Assembly: GCF_035084215.1 (NCBI RefSeq)
Contig: NC_090335.1
Location: 13,144,001 to 13,208,000, forward strand
Origin: Heptranchias perlo
Taxonomy: Eukaryota
Reading direction: 5' to 3'
DNA length: 64,000 nucleotides
Shown in pieces: positions 1 to 12,339 of the stretch. Position 1 is the first letter of the stretch. Every line of letters starts with the position of its first letter. The position numbers were made by a program, and so were the translations under genes. The notes under the pieces are model-generated. The model saw only the letters and a program-made list of their open reading frames with translations, searched no databases and was not told the DNA's origin.

Positions 1-672
1 AAAGATGCTCTATAAATGCAAGTTCTTTCTTGTTTCTTCCCTTCTTTCTTGTAGCCATCTCCTCGTTATTGCATGACATCCAGTAATCAGGACATGAATG
101 TGGAAACTTCATAACCAGTTCTAATCAATCGTTTAAAGGAATGACTGCTTCATGAATAATGCACAAAAACTCTCTCAATTCTCTAAATAACACAATACAG
201 TCACACGAGTAAAAAAGCCCACCTGCTAGTCCTCCCAGAATATTTTCCAATTTCCAGACTCCCAGAAGTATGGCTTCCTCACAATACATATTGTATCCAC
301 TAAATGTCCTGTGTTAATCCAAAAAAATCTGATGTACAGCGCTGCAAACAAAACATTGTGTCCTGGACCCACTTTGAAGTTCACAGGAATGCAGGATTGT
401 GTGGATTATTGATTTTGTGGAACCAGATTCAAAATTTTAAATTTCCGTAAAGGTGGTATTCAATAAAGTTCCTGGATTGCTGAGAGTTCTTTACACAAAT
501 GCTGGAGGAATAGCGTCCATCCTTGTAACAAATCTCTCAGAACAATGTATGTCCGATAGTTCTGCTGTCTGGGTACTGCTGTATTCCCAGTCAGTCGGTA
601 CAGGAGGGTCTTCTACATCATGTCCTTTACTTCAAACTTGCTTCTAAAAGGTGCATTTTGTTTTCTTGGCAG

Positions 673-817
673 ATCTGTCAAAGAATAGACTGAGTGAAAT
701 TCCACTGGAACTGTGCCACTTTGTCTCCTTGGAGATGTTAAACCTGTATCACAATTGCATCAAAGTCATTCCAGACGCAGTCATCAATTTGCAGACGCTG
801 ACCAATTTAAACTTGAG
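673..817 (+). CDS. LRCH1: LRCH1 exon 2 (LRR): DLSKNRLSEIPLELCHFVSLEMLNLYHNCIKVIPDAVINLQTLTNLNLS
   Basis: ttggcag| acceptor, |gtgagt donor, 145 nt, phase 1 to 2. Confidence 0.95.
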
Positions 818-1587
818 GTGAGTACAATGTGGAAGGGTCATTGCATCTTGTTTGTGTTAGAGAAATAAGCTGGAATTTTTGCATGATGAATTCATATTAT
901 AGTTTTCACATCATACAGTATGGTAACAACCAGGAATTTATTTCTCTCTTGGAATAGTTTAATTGTGGAGAACATTTTCAAACAATTTGTGCTTTTGGGT
1001 GACATGTTATTGTAGGGCTTCTGAGTTTTTATTTTTAGAGTGTTGTCCTCCAGCCCTCTTTGCCATTGATACTTTTGTATTCTTTTTCTGGACCTCCCCA
1101 GTTGGCTTTTTTTTGATCCAACTTGTAGTTTGAGCAAGTTTTTCTTTTAACTTGACTCGTTGTTGGTCTGCCGCTCAGCCTGCCCACAGACACTCTGCTT
1201 CCGACTCCAAAAAGCTCCACCACCACCCCCCCTCGCCCAAAACCCCGACTCGAGCCTGGAAGTATATTCAAGCAAAGTAATAAATATAAATCTCCTGGGC
1301 TGTTGGAGCCTGCCAATTTTTTGTCCTTCTATTTCTGCCTGCCTTACCCTCCAACTGCTTCAGTTATTCACACGTTTTCTGTATTGTTAATGTCTTCAAT
1401 TTTTTTGATTTTTAAATCATTATGCCTTTACTGCCATGTTACTAATATCACTTCAGTCATTTAATCTTCTCCTGTTTTCCACATAAACACTGTGAAGGCT
1501 GTTACTTCTCTCGTGCATGTGTGTGTTTTCCTCCTCTTTCCCTTTGTGCTATTCCATTTTAAATTCCGTTCATCTGTAATACCTTCC

Positions 1588-1690
1588 AGTTCAGATGAAG
1601 GGTCCTCACCTGAAATGTTAACTTATCTATTCTCTTCATTGATGCTGACTTGAGTGGCTGAGTGATTCCCAACATTTTCTGTCTTTGTTC
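1588..1690 (+). mobile_element. Decayed Penelope-like terminal repeat with degenerate hammerhead motif
   Basis: agtt-cagatga-agggt cctc acct-gaaa-tg-tt-aact. Stem I (agtt/aact) and stem II are intact, but the core is mutated from CTGATGA to CAGATGA. Followed by a gatgctg...gctgagt...cattttctgt tail typical of these shark repeats. Confidence 0.55.
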
Positions 1691-1699
1691 CTCCAATTC

Positions 1700-1935
1700 T
1701 GGACTCTTGTGCGTCCCCGACTTCCTTCGCCCCACCATTGGCGTCCGTGCCTTCAGCTCTGGAATTCCTTCCTTAAATCTCTCCGCCTCTCTCCTCCTTT
1801 AAGACGCTCCTTAAAACCTACCTCTTTGACCAAGCTTTTGGTCACCAGTCCTAATGTCTCCTTTTTTGCTAGGTAACGTTCCTGTGAAGCGCCTTGGGAT
1901 GTTTTACTAAGTTGAAGGCGCTATATATATGCAAC
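1700..1935 (+). mobile_element. L2-like LINE 3' end
   Basis: ctctggaattcctt...ccttaaaacctacctctttgaccaagctttt...gtgaagcgccttgggatgttt...ggcgctatata; the reverse complement of the same family is at ~25037-25275. Confidence 0.65.
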
Positions 1936-2296
1936 ATAAGTTGTTATTGTTATAGTATTATGCAACGTCTGGTACCCTCCTACCACTTTGAGTGTCACTC
2001 GCATTCTTTACATATCACTTCCTGTTGCTGCTGATATGACTCATTTTTAGTTGTAAACCCGTTTTATTTGAAAATAAAGCAACCTGTAATGTGCTTTAAT
2101 TACCAAAGTTATTGCTACAAGTTAAAACCCACAGTGCTTGCGCTATAACCATTTCTTATTATCTCCAGTATATCACACATGTTGCCAGTTTAATGGCAAA
2201 CCCTTTTTAATATCCTACTCTATAGTTATATCACTTTCTTTATGATTGCACAGTATCTGCCTGGATGTCAGACCAGTTTCCTTGTGATGCATGCTA

Positions 2297-2470
2297 CGTA
2301 GGAGGAGTATTAGGCCATTCAGTCCTTCGAGCCTGTTCCGCCATTCAGTTGGATCATGGCTGATCTGTACCTCAACTCTACTTACCCATTGTTGATCCAT
2401 ATCCCTTAATAACCTTAACAAAAATCTAACGATTCCAGTCTTGAAAATTTCAATTGACCTAGCATCCAAA
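2297..2470 (-). mobile_element. CR1 LINE 3' end fragment
   Basis: Highly similar to 34336-34510 and 53420-53538 (ggccattcag...cgagcctgtt...gctgatctgtacctcaactc). Confidence 0.75.
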
Positions 2471-5289
2471 TGTAGCACCGCTATCACTGCCCAACTGAGA
2501 TCAGCTAACTCAGCAGGAACTGAACCAGGGACATTCCTGGCGTGTTTGCCTCAGTGCCATACAATGCATGTACCACCTGAGCCATTGGGGAGAGCCATTT
2601 ATATTTAAATGATGGGTTCACTGTTGGTTTCTCCACTTCCCCGCTGTGTTGTCTTTTTCCCCCCCGGTCTCCTTTCTGCAATTCACATCTCAGTCCAACA
2701 TTTTAATCCTTCAAACTTCTGTGTCGAGATTTTAAAAAAAAATCTGTGATAGAGATAAAATAGGCAGCGGAAAACCAGTAAGAATATTCATTATCTTGTT
2801 TCGGAGGTTGTGCACTCCTGACCAGTTAGCACTGCTCACTGGTGCAGTGTGCACATCAATTTCCACAGATATATTGCACCATTCGGTGTCGGGGCACCAA
2901 GCTGGCAGTAACTGTGCAGTATAATGATGCCATTTGCAAAGTTTGGCGTGAGCAGTGATCCCTGTGAAAGATGTTTTCTCAATCTCTAGCAAGCAACAGT
3001 GCCAGCAAACAGCACACAGATTGATAAGATGGGCAGTTCCTATAAATTAGAAATTCCGTTTTCAAAATACACGGTTGCCTTGATGAATCACTACAGTACT
3101 TAGTTTGTTCGCAGTAAAACGCAACTTACTCGCTTCAGTAACTGAAAGGAGTACTCCGGAGGAGAGCTAACAAAAAGCATACTAAATGTAGCCCTAGTAG
3201 CCGCAAAGTCCCTTATATAAAAACTGAAGTTAAAAAGTTATGATGTTTGTTGCAATGGTTCCACTTGTCGAGATCCCATCCTCTGTTAGCTTTCCTCTTT
3301 GGAGGGGAGGGGGAAACGGAGGGTACTGACTACTGAATCTCTGCTTCCTTGATTTCACCTCTGAGTCAGTCAAATAAAAGTGAATTTTATGTGACAGCTT
3401 TGCTGGCGTTCCCATTGGCAGGCTGGTGTATTGTTGAAATTCGAGCTATCTCAGTTCACTGGCCAAATGCTGTAGTGGTGCCCAGTGGTCCAAAGTTATT
3501 TTCAAGCACTGGAATGCTGCCAAAACGGAGACAAGAAGATTTTAATAACTACACTAGATTGACCTCAGGAGAAATCTCTTCACCCAGAGATCTGCTGGAG
3601 CATGCAATGCTTTGCCACAGAGAGTAGTTGAGGCAAAGATCATTGCATCAGATAAGGGGCCAGTACATAAACATTTGAAGCAGAGGAAGATACAGGACTA
3701 TGGGAAGAGAGCAGGGGGATTAGTTTTGGATTGTCTAGCAAAGAGTCGACACAGATACAGGTGGGCCTCCTTCTGGGCTGTAAACTTCTCTGGTTTTATA
3801 CTTGCAGTTACTTAGGGTGAGGATCACAGCTTGGACTTTTGTGACGCACTTAATGCTTTGTTAAATTTCTCCCAACTTTAGAAGTACCCTCATTTTACTG
3901 AATGTTATTTTTCAATGGTCATTTTGGCCCTTATATAAAGCAATATATAGTCTGTTAAATGTATAGTTCACAAAATAGTAAAACTAACTCCATTGCTGCC
4001 TGAAATTTATGAAGCTGTTTCAAAATTAAAAAAGTGCTTAGTGACATTTACCAGCATTGCATCCCAAAGATGTTCACTTGGACTAATGTCATGAAATCTA
4101 AACTATGTTACACTGAGTCACCTTGTATTCATTTGAGTACAATACTGATTCTTCGTTAGTTGTCCCGATTAATTCATTTGATCTAAACACTGACACTTGT
4201 TCTCTAATCATGATGCACTTGGAGGGCGTTTACAATTCAGGGACTGTTTTGGGTTGAGACCTGTAAGAACACTCTTGGATTGCCTTTTACCTTTCAAGAC
4301 ACCGAGAGGCCCACTTTGTATTTCCAGCATTTTCGGGTTTTAGTTAGATGTATAAGACCGACATTGGGGAACATCAATACCATTGCAAGACTAGACAGTA
4401 TTACTAAAGCAATCAGATTAATGATGGGAAAAATAAAACAAAGTACTAGGACAGTTTAGATCTTAAATTGTTCTTTAAAAAAAAAGATACATTATGGTGG
4501 GTGGTTTATGTTTTAACTCCACGTGGCACTGATATAACCTCGGCTATCATTTAGACCCTTGCCTTCACTCTGCCTCCTCAGTCAGCGTGAGATGGTCCAG
4601 CCTGTACACATTTCACTGACACTGCTTCTGTTACTGTGTGGTCAGCCCTTTAGGAAGCATTTCTGAGGGCTGCAAGGAAGGGAAGTCAACATGAAAATGT
4701 TTATCGCAAAAGGCTTTTCCTCTGACCACACCATATTGTTTTGGGATGTATTTTTTTCCTGTTTTAACAGTGCTACTGTTTGGTTTTGAATTAACAACAT
4801 CTTGCTGTCTATGTCTAAATGTTTCCTAATCCTGTCCTGTCCTGTTATATTCTTTTTGCGATGGCTTGGTGACGAGGAATGAAGGGCATTATGGGATAAA
4901 ATGCCGCTGCCTAAAAGCAGAAAAAGCCCAGTGGGGATGACAGATCATGGGTGCAGTATCATGTGATGATGGCACAACGTGTAAGTGCGCACATTGAGTG
5001 GTAGCCTCTTGCTGTATATCTGCCATCTCTACAAGAAGGTTTATTAAAGGAGCAGTTTATTATGTAATGTGGCAAATTAATAAAAGCAGTACTTTTGCAA
5101 ACAAAGGCTCCCACATTGGACAATTGTGACTCTATACTGATATTTCTGTTTTTATATGTGTGGTTTTGTTACGTATGACGGCTGCCATATGTTCCTCCTT
5201 CCCTCTGCTCTCTGGTTACCCATTTCCTTAAGAATTAGTTGTGGGTTGAAACTGGATGAGGGTCAAGTCTAAGCTTTGGGAGTAAAGTC

Positions 5290-5313
5290 GGGGGGGGGGG
5301 GGGTGGGGGGGGG
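5290..5313 (+). repeat. Poly-G tract
   Basis: G14-T-G9. Confidence 0.9.
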
Positions 5314-5760
5314 AAGAAGTTTGCTACGGATTCAATTCATAGAGGATCCTTTTCACTCGAGATTTGGAAAATTGCCATCCGTGGCAATGCAATGGATGCA
5401 GCCTATAAAACGTTAAGTAGTTTAAAGTGCAAGTAATTTTTATATTTTGCAACATGTTTATGTTTTGTGGCTACATCTTAAGTCATTGTCTAAACAGACA
5501 TGAGAAGATGGCTCTCTACCCGATACAAGAAATTGTCGAGACATTTTATTTTTGGAACTAGTTTTTAAATTTTATTGTGCCAGTTCTCAGAAGGAGACAA
5601 TTCTGTTCAAAATCCATCTACTTAACTTCAAGGAGGTGATCGGATTTATAATAAGATACAAACCAGGTTCTGCAGTAAACTAGTGAGTGCAGTTGCAGTG
5701 AAGGTCGTTGTGAAATGTAGCCATTGTATGGCATTCTAAGTGCTTTGTTTTTTGTTCCAG

Positions 5761-5887
5761 TCGAAATCAACTCTCCACATTGCCATCATGCCTCTGTGCC
5801 CTGCCTCTTAAAGTCTTGATAGCCAGTAACAATAAGTTAGTGTCGCTTCCAGAAGAAATTGGACAATTGAAATGTTTAATGGAACTG
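5761..5887 (+). CDS. LRCH1: LRCH1 exon 3 (LRR): RNQLSTLPSCLCALPLKVLIASNNKLVSLPEEIGQLKCLMEL
   Basis: tttgttccag| acceptor, |gtaggt donor, 127 nt, phase 2 to 0; overlaps ORF 5780..5980. Confidence 0.95.
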
Positions 5888-6451
5888 GTAGGTATTCTTT
5901 TTTATTATAAACTGCATTTAATAAGTCTAGTCTGTCTAACTACAAAGTTGCTTAGAGTTTGTCAGCATTCAGTTCTTTAACACTTTAACAGCAATGACCA
6001 ATGGGCAGCAATTGTCACACTTCAGCTTAACTTTCTGAATGGATAAAGTGTGTGTGTCCACATTGTGAAGTAATACACTTGCACAGAAGTACAAATGCAG
6101 AGCAAACTGGTCCAAATTATTTCCAATATTTCATACATTTGGGGGCAGCCTGGTTAAAAATGTGCCTATTTGGACATACACGAGTGCTTTTAAGTATTTT
6201 TCCTGTAAGTTTGATTTGGGTTTCTAGATTCCATTGGAGTGGCCGCTTTCATTAATTAAGAATCCAAGGGGCAGGACCTCAGCCCATACTGTGTGACATT
6301 ACCATGGTTTAAAAGAATTGAAGAGAAGACATAGTAAATCAGGGACTAGTGATTAGGTGACATCAAGCTTGCACTTAAAAGCACTAATGTTATAGAGAGA
6401 TTTGTAAACAATTTTACAACACCAAGTTATAGTCCAGCAATTTTATTTTAA

Positions 6452-6492
6452 ATTCACAAGCTTTCGGAGGCTTCCTCCTTCCTCAGGTGAAC
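6452..6492 (-). ncRNA. Minimal type I hammerhead ribozyme motif (inverted copy)
   Basis: Exact reverse complement of 6506-6546. Confidence 0.72.
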
Positions 6493-6505
6493 GTTTGTTG
6501 GAAAT

Positions 6506-6546
6506 GTTCACCTGAGGAAGGAGGAAGCCTCCGAAAGCTTGTGAAT
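6506..6546 (+). ncRNA. Minimal type I hammerhead ribozyme motif
   Basis: gttcac-CTGAGGA-a-ggagg aag cctcc-GAAA-gc-TT-gtgaat: 6-bp stem I, core, 5-bp stem II, palindromic AGCT in place of helix III. Confidence 0.75.
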
Positions 6547-7090
6547 TTAAAATAAAATTGCTGGACTATAACTTGGTGTTGTAAAATTGTTTACAATTGT
6601 CAACCCCAGTCCATCACCGGCATCTCCACGTTACAGAGAAGGAAAGAACAAGGAAGGTAAATGGTTCCACAGTTTTGAGGTCCTAGGAAAGATTGAGTTG
6701 GTGTAGGAAACTGGAATGAATCTTGATTTCAACACAATGAAGATGTAAGAAGAATTAGTGAGGAAAGTTCAGAAGGATACTGACCCATGTAGGATCAATA
6801 AAGTAGGGACAGGAAAGGTTGCAGTTGAGGGAGAGATAGCAAGAGATTGGATTCTAGAAGTGAGAGACAACAAGTATCCTGTCCAGGATTGCAGAGATAT
6901 GTTAGAGTCCAACTTTCCACCTCCACCCCCCACTCCCCCAGTCGATAAACTGTTTTCAAGTCTTGGACAGACTTGGATTTAAAGAGAGTTTAGAGTTATT
7001 GAGGGAGAAAAAAGTGCTTGGCATTAAAGAGGAAAGTGAACTTCTTGGAGGCAACTTTAGCAATGAAGTAGATAAAGTAAAGGAAGAAGA

Positions 7091-7517
7091 AACTTGTATT
7101 TCTAGCACCTTCCACGATCTCAAGATATCCCAAAGTGCTTCACAGCCAGTTAAGTATTTTTTTAATGTAGTCACTGTTGTAATGTAGGGAATCAAGGCAG
7201 CCAATTTGTGTACAGCTAGGTCCCGCAAACAGTGTTTTAGTGATGTAGGTTGAGGGATAACTGTTGGCCAGGACACTGGGAAAACCTCCCTGCTCTTCTA
7301 CGATTAGTGCTGCGGGATCTTTTACGTTCACCTGAGAGGGCAGACGGGACCTCGGTTTAACGTCTCAGCTGAAAGACGGCACCTCTGACAGTACAGCACT
7401 CCCTCAGTACTGCACTGATGGGTCAGCCTAGATTCTGTGCTCAAGTCTTTGGAATGGGGCTTGAATTCACAACCTTCTGACTCAGAGGCGAGAGTGTTAC
7501 CACTGAGTCATGGCTGA
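7091..7517 (-). mobile_element. tRNA-derived Deu-domain SINE (SacSINE1-like), near full length
   Basis: Deu core gacggcacctctgacagt...cactccctcagtactgcactg; tRNA-like head at the right end; L2-like tail at the left end. Confidence 0.8.
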
Positions 7518-7809
7518 TAATTTGAATTTCATTTGAGGTAGGAGGAAATAGCGAAACATAAAATGTAGGTAGATGAAGAGGGACTAAGGGTGGAACTATC
7601 AATTGCGAGAGGTTGAAGCTGTTGGGTGGATTTACAAGAGGGATGAAGAAATCGCACCCTGCATTAGTCATTATCTACATTGCTCTTGCAGTATGATAAC
7701 CATTGTGTGTTATGGGTTGTGTTTATGTGGTCCAAGAAAATTCACATTTCATGCCATTGACATTCCATTCCACAAATTAATTGCAATGATCTTAATTTTA
7801 AGATTGCAT

Positions 7810-9530
7810 TAAGCAGTACAATGGAATGCTAACTTCTTTACGCAGAGAGCGGTTAGAATGTGGAACTTGCCACCACAAGGAGTAGTTGAGGCGAATAGCA
7901 TAGATGCATTTAAGGGAAGTTAGATAAGTACATGAGGAAGAAGGGAATAGAAGGACATGCTGATAGGGTGAGATGAAGTAGGGTGGGAGGAGGCTCATGT
8001 GGAGCATGAACACCAGCATCGATCATTTGGGCTGAATGGCCTGTCTCTGTGCTGCAAATTCTATGTAATATATACTATGTCATTTGAAGAACGAATATAA
8101 CATATGATTTAGTACGTCAGCATTGTCGTGCACCATGACACAGAGTGGCAGGAGAGATATCTGTGCACTTGCTTCCCTACATGATCATATCTTGATCTCA
8201 GTGTGCTGTTGGGAGGCTGTGCTGGACTGAGGGATTAGGAAAGGAGGAGGAGAAATGGAAAGTTGGTTCAAGATTCTCAACATCGTATCCAGGACTGCTT
8301 TCTAGTTTTAGTCCAACAAGGGAGGAGGTCAGATTTAGTTCTGGGAAATAAAGTGGAGCAAATAGATAATGTAAGGGTTGGGGAACATTCAGGATGCAGT
8401 GAGTTAGCTTTGATATAAAACTTGAAAAGGAGAGGCAACAGTCAGTTAAAGGTACCCAGCTGGAAAAACAGGAAATTTCAAGAGAAAAAAAGAAACCATT
8501 CCAGATAAACTGGAAGTAAAATTTGGCCGATAAGACAGTGGTCAAACACAACAAAAACGACTTGCATTCAGATACAAAAAACACTGCAAAACTTTCAAAT
8601 AGTCACTGTACAATGCTAAGAGAAGTCAGTGAGGAACTAGCAGAGGCTCTGACCACAATCTTTCAAACAGCCATGGATGTGCCAGAGGACTGGAGGGTTG
8701 ACAAAGTGACACCTCTGCTCAAGAAGAGAGAAAGGGATAAACTGGGTCTGGGAGGCAGAATATGAAAATTCACAAATGACACAAAGATAGGGAGCATGGT
8801 TAACTGTGAAAAGACTGTATGCAACTTCAGGAGAACATAGATGAAATAAATGTGCAGTGATAAGTTTTGGGCGGAAGACTAAGGAGTGGAAATATACACT
8901 AAATAGTAAAACTTAAAAAGGAGTAAAGGGACTTAGGGGTTCAGATACACAAATCTTTAAAAGTGAGAGGGGAAGTGTTGTAAATAGGGGCGTTGAGTAC
9001 AAAAGCAAAAAAATTAATGTTAAACCTATACAGATCATTAGTTTGGCTGTGGTTAGATTATTGTGTCCAGTTTTGGGTGCCCTATTTTGGAAGGATGTTC
9101 AGGCTATGGAGAGAATACAGAAGAGATTTGCTAAGAAAAAACAGAGACGCTTTAGATATGTGGAAATACTAGAGGGACTAGGATTCTTGACTATAAAAAG
9201 AGATTCGGAGGGGACCTGATGTTCAAAATAATGAGGGGTTTTGAGAAGGTAAGTAGGGGAACTTATTTTCACAAGTCAGTGAGTTGGTAACTAGAAGGCT
9301 TAAATTTAAAATGATCACCAAAAGAACGAAGGGAAAGGTTAGGAAAGTTTATTTTGTGTAGAGAGTCATTAAACAGTGATGGAAGCAGAATAACTTAAAA
9401 GGGAAGTAGATAAATATTTGAAAAAGGAAAAAAATGTCAAGGGTATGGGAATATGTGGATAGTTTTTTGAGAGCCAGCACAGGCATGATGTGCTGAACTG
9501 CCTCCTTTTTTGCTGCAAGGTTATGTGATT
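7810..9530 (+). mobile_element. Cluster of decayed CR1 LINE fragments
   Basis: Translations include DVPEDWRVDKVTPLLKK (CR1 RT motif VPEDWR); CR1-type 3' tails at ~8010-8070 and ~9470-9530. Confidence 0.75.
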
Positions 9531-9689
9531 CGAATTTAATTTCACTACTTTACCTGGTAAATCATTACAAACCCTTTTGAATAAAGAAACTTTTTCTAAG
9601 ATCTGTTTTAAATGTATATTCTTTTATCCTACTGATCTTAAAATAGTGTTCGAGATGAATTTTATCTTTGCCATTTAATACTTTACATG

Positions 9690-9960
9690 CCTCGCTGAAA
9701 ACGCCCACCCCTTTAACCCTCTCTTTAGAATGTGGAACTTAAGCTTCTCTAATGTTCCTCATTCCACATCCATTTTCCTCTTGAGATTGTTCTTGTTGCT
9801 CTTCTCTACAACCTTTCCAGTGCTGGAATGTCCCTTCTGAAGTGTGGTGACCAGAAATGAAGACTGTTCCAAGTGAACTCCGACCAATGCCTTATAAAGG
9901 CTTAGCATAACCTCTGTACACTTGCACTCCACTCTTCTGGCTATGTATCCAAACATTTAA
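9690..9960 (-). mobile_element. CR1 LINE fragment
   Basis: ORF 9759..9956(-): GYIARRVECKCTEVMLSLYKALVGVHLE, the CR1 ORF2 C-terminal motif. Confidence 0.75.
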
Positions 9961-10359
9961 TTACTTCTCCAAATTGACTAGTTAATTTATGGAGATTAAT
10001 TTGTTTATCTTTAGTTAGATACAGTAATCTTTAAATAAGATGGGTATTAAATTTATACAGAATCGGGCCTGCTTCTGGATGATACCGGAAGCATCTTAAC
10101 CAGCTGGAAGCAGGTGGACTAGGCATTAATACAGCAAATTATCTGAGCAGATTTTTGTGCTGGTTCATGGAGGCACAGTCGTACTAAGGGTGGTACATGG
10201 GCTACAGGGAAAGTACTTTGAAGTAAATAGGAAGGGGGGAAGAACTAGGGGAAAAAAGTAAATTTTTTTAACCAGAAAGACGAGACAAAGTCAGATAACA
10301 GATTTGCGTGAATGGAAGAGGAGCAAGACGTGTAAAAGGATATGGTTATAAAAGGGCTG

Positions 10360-10650
10360 GATGCTCTTAAAGCAGACACAAGTACCTGGTTCAGGCGACT
10401 GGTATCCCCAAGTCTTAATGGTGATGAGAACTAAAATCTATAATGCTTTTAACTGACACTTTGGTAAGTTCAGTAATTCAGGAAAGATTCCTTAGGATTG
10501 GAATGTGACCAATATAAACCCATTATTTTAAGAAAGGGTCGAGACATAACTGGATACTACAGACCAGTATATTTAACATCTGTTGAAGCGAATGTCGTTG
10601 AAATGATCGTCGGAAATCGAGTGGGTGAATACTTGGAAGAGAGTAAATTT
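10360..10650 (+). mobile_element. CR1 LINE RT fragment
   Basis: Translation includes KG...YRPVYLTSV (CR1 motif NYRPVSLTSV). Confidence 0.7.
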
Positions 10651-10876
10651 GTTGAAAGGCAGTCTCGTGCATTCTCTGTATCGTGCGTTCTCTCTCTCGT
10701 GTGTTCTCGTGCATTCTCTCTCACTGTGATAGAGCGATTAGCACTGTGCTTTTTAAGTGCACTTGATTGTAGTTCCTGTATAATTCAGTAGCATATAGCT
10801 CTTTATGGAATCAGATTATAATTTTCAGCAAGAATCCTGTAATGGTTACTTTGTTTTTGCTCCTTTTAATATTCAG

Positions 10877-10982
10877 GATGTAAGCTGCAATGAAATTACA
10901 GCTTTGCCACAACAGATGGGACAACTTCAGTCACTCAGAGAGTTGAACATCAGGCGAAATTATCTGCAGATTTTGCCAGAGG
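10877..10982 (+). CDS. LRCH1: LRCH1 exon 4 (LRR): DVSCNEITALPQQMGQLQSLRELNIRRNYLQILPE
   Basis: attcag| acceptor, |gtgaaa donor, 106 nt, phase 0 to 1. Confidence 0.95.
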
Positions 10983-11085
10983 GTGAAACTGTTTTGCATT
11001 TTTCAATATCTTAATTATTTTTACAACAAGCGGTGAAATAATTTAAAAATAATGTGAAATCCATTGGATGTTTTTTTTCCCACAG

Positions 11086-11222
11086 AGCTAGCAGACCTCC
11101 CTCTTGTGAAATTAAACTTTTCCTGTAATAAGGTTGTGTCAATACCAATCTGCTACAGGAACATGAGGCACCTACAGATAATAGAAATGGATAATAATCC
11201 ACTGCAGTCTCCGCCAGCACAG
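11086..11222 (+). CDS. LRCH1: LRCH1 exon 5 (LRR): ELADLPLVKLNFSCNKVVSIPICYRNMRHLQIIEMDNNPLQSPPAQ
   Basis: ttttcccacag| acceptor after a 103-nt intron, |gtcagt donor, 137 nt, phase 1 to 0. Confidence 0.95.
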
Positions 11223-12339
11223 GTCAGTCACTTTTAAAAGAAAAACTCCCAGAATACAGAATAAGTTCTAAGTTTCCTTTGAAATGGCTTTGGATATAGG
11301 CAGTGTATGTTGCTGAGGCCATTCAGTGCCTGCTTGGAGCTGAAAGGTCATTATTTCATCTGGGAAGAATTTGGTTCCAGCACCTGATGATACTGGAAAT
11401 TGTGTGCCAGTGTCCTGAGCCCTAATGACATCCGCTCCAGTGATTGCATGTACAACGCTGTATCTAAGAGTCTGTGATTTGCATGTACCAAATCTGTTGA
11501 AGTAAGGGTCACAGACCCTATGTATTGAATTCAAAGCTGCTGTTATGTAGTTTATGTTCTATCAGGCACTTAGGGTTGTCCCACAACATGAGCCAACATA
11601 CATGCATCAACATGTCCCTGCGTTAATCAAGTTTAATATACTGTATTTTACTTTGGAAAATGAATAGAAATCTAAATGGCTTGGTTGCATCAGTTCAATT
11701 GGTGCTCTAACCCCAGTTGAATCATCCTTTTCCTTAGTCTGTGTCAGTGCTCAGTTTGAAAATGTGTGCTATTTGTTTGGATTCTTTCCAGTGACAGACG
11801 CCCACGAACATTGCTTGCGTTGTCTGGCAACTATCATCATTTCCAGCTAGTGTTAAGCTCAGCCCAGGGTCTGTCAGGAATGCCAGGTTTACTGCAAAGA
11901 AATGCTCCAAGTTCATATAGACTGTGACGGTCCTACCCACGGACATACCTCCTGTTCCAGCTCTTCAAAGAAATAGAACTCCAATGGCAGGTGAAATTGA
12001 GAATTCATTACTGATTAGGGCTGCTGTGAGATTGTAGAACCAACCGAGTCACATTCCACTCAGAAAGAAAGCGTATTGTTCCGCTTAAGCCACGCAACTA
12101 CTCAATCCAGGAGTGTAATGGTCACTCTGAGGCATGTTGGAAACCTGAAGAATAGTCAGGTTGCCTGAGGCATCAAGGTTGATATGTTCTTTGTGTGAAA
12201 CACGTTAACCAATCACTGCTGACACCACAGTGTAGAGCCAGCCCTTGTACTGGTAGCCGAACCAAAGTTCAGGGAAGAGAGAAGTATGAAGGAAACTGAG
12301 GAGAGCTGAGAGAAACTGCCCTTGATATCGAGGCAGAAC

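Larger units (their letters stand above)
6399..6629 (+). mobile_element. Young Penelope-like element terminal fragment: inverted pseudo-LTR pair plus ~33-nt 3' extension
   Basis: Perfect inverted arms 6402-6492 and 6506-6596, then tail tgtcaaccccagtccatcaccggcatctccac. Flanked by gttatagaga (6389-6398) and gttacagaga (6630-6639), a probable target-site duplication. Confidence 0.8.
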
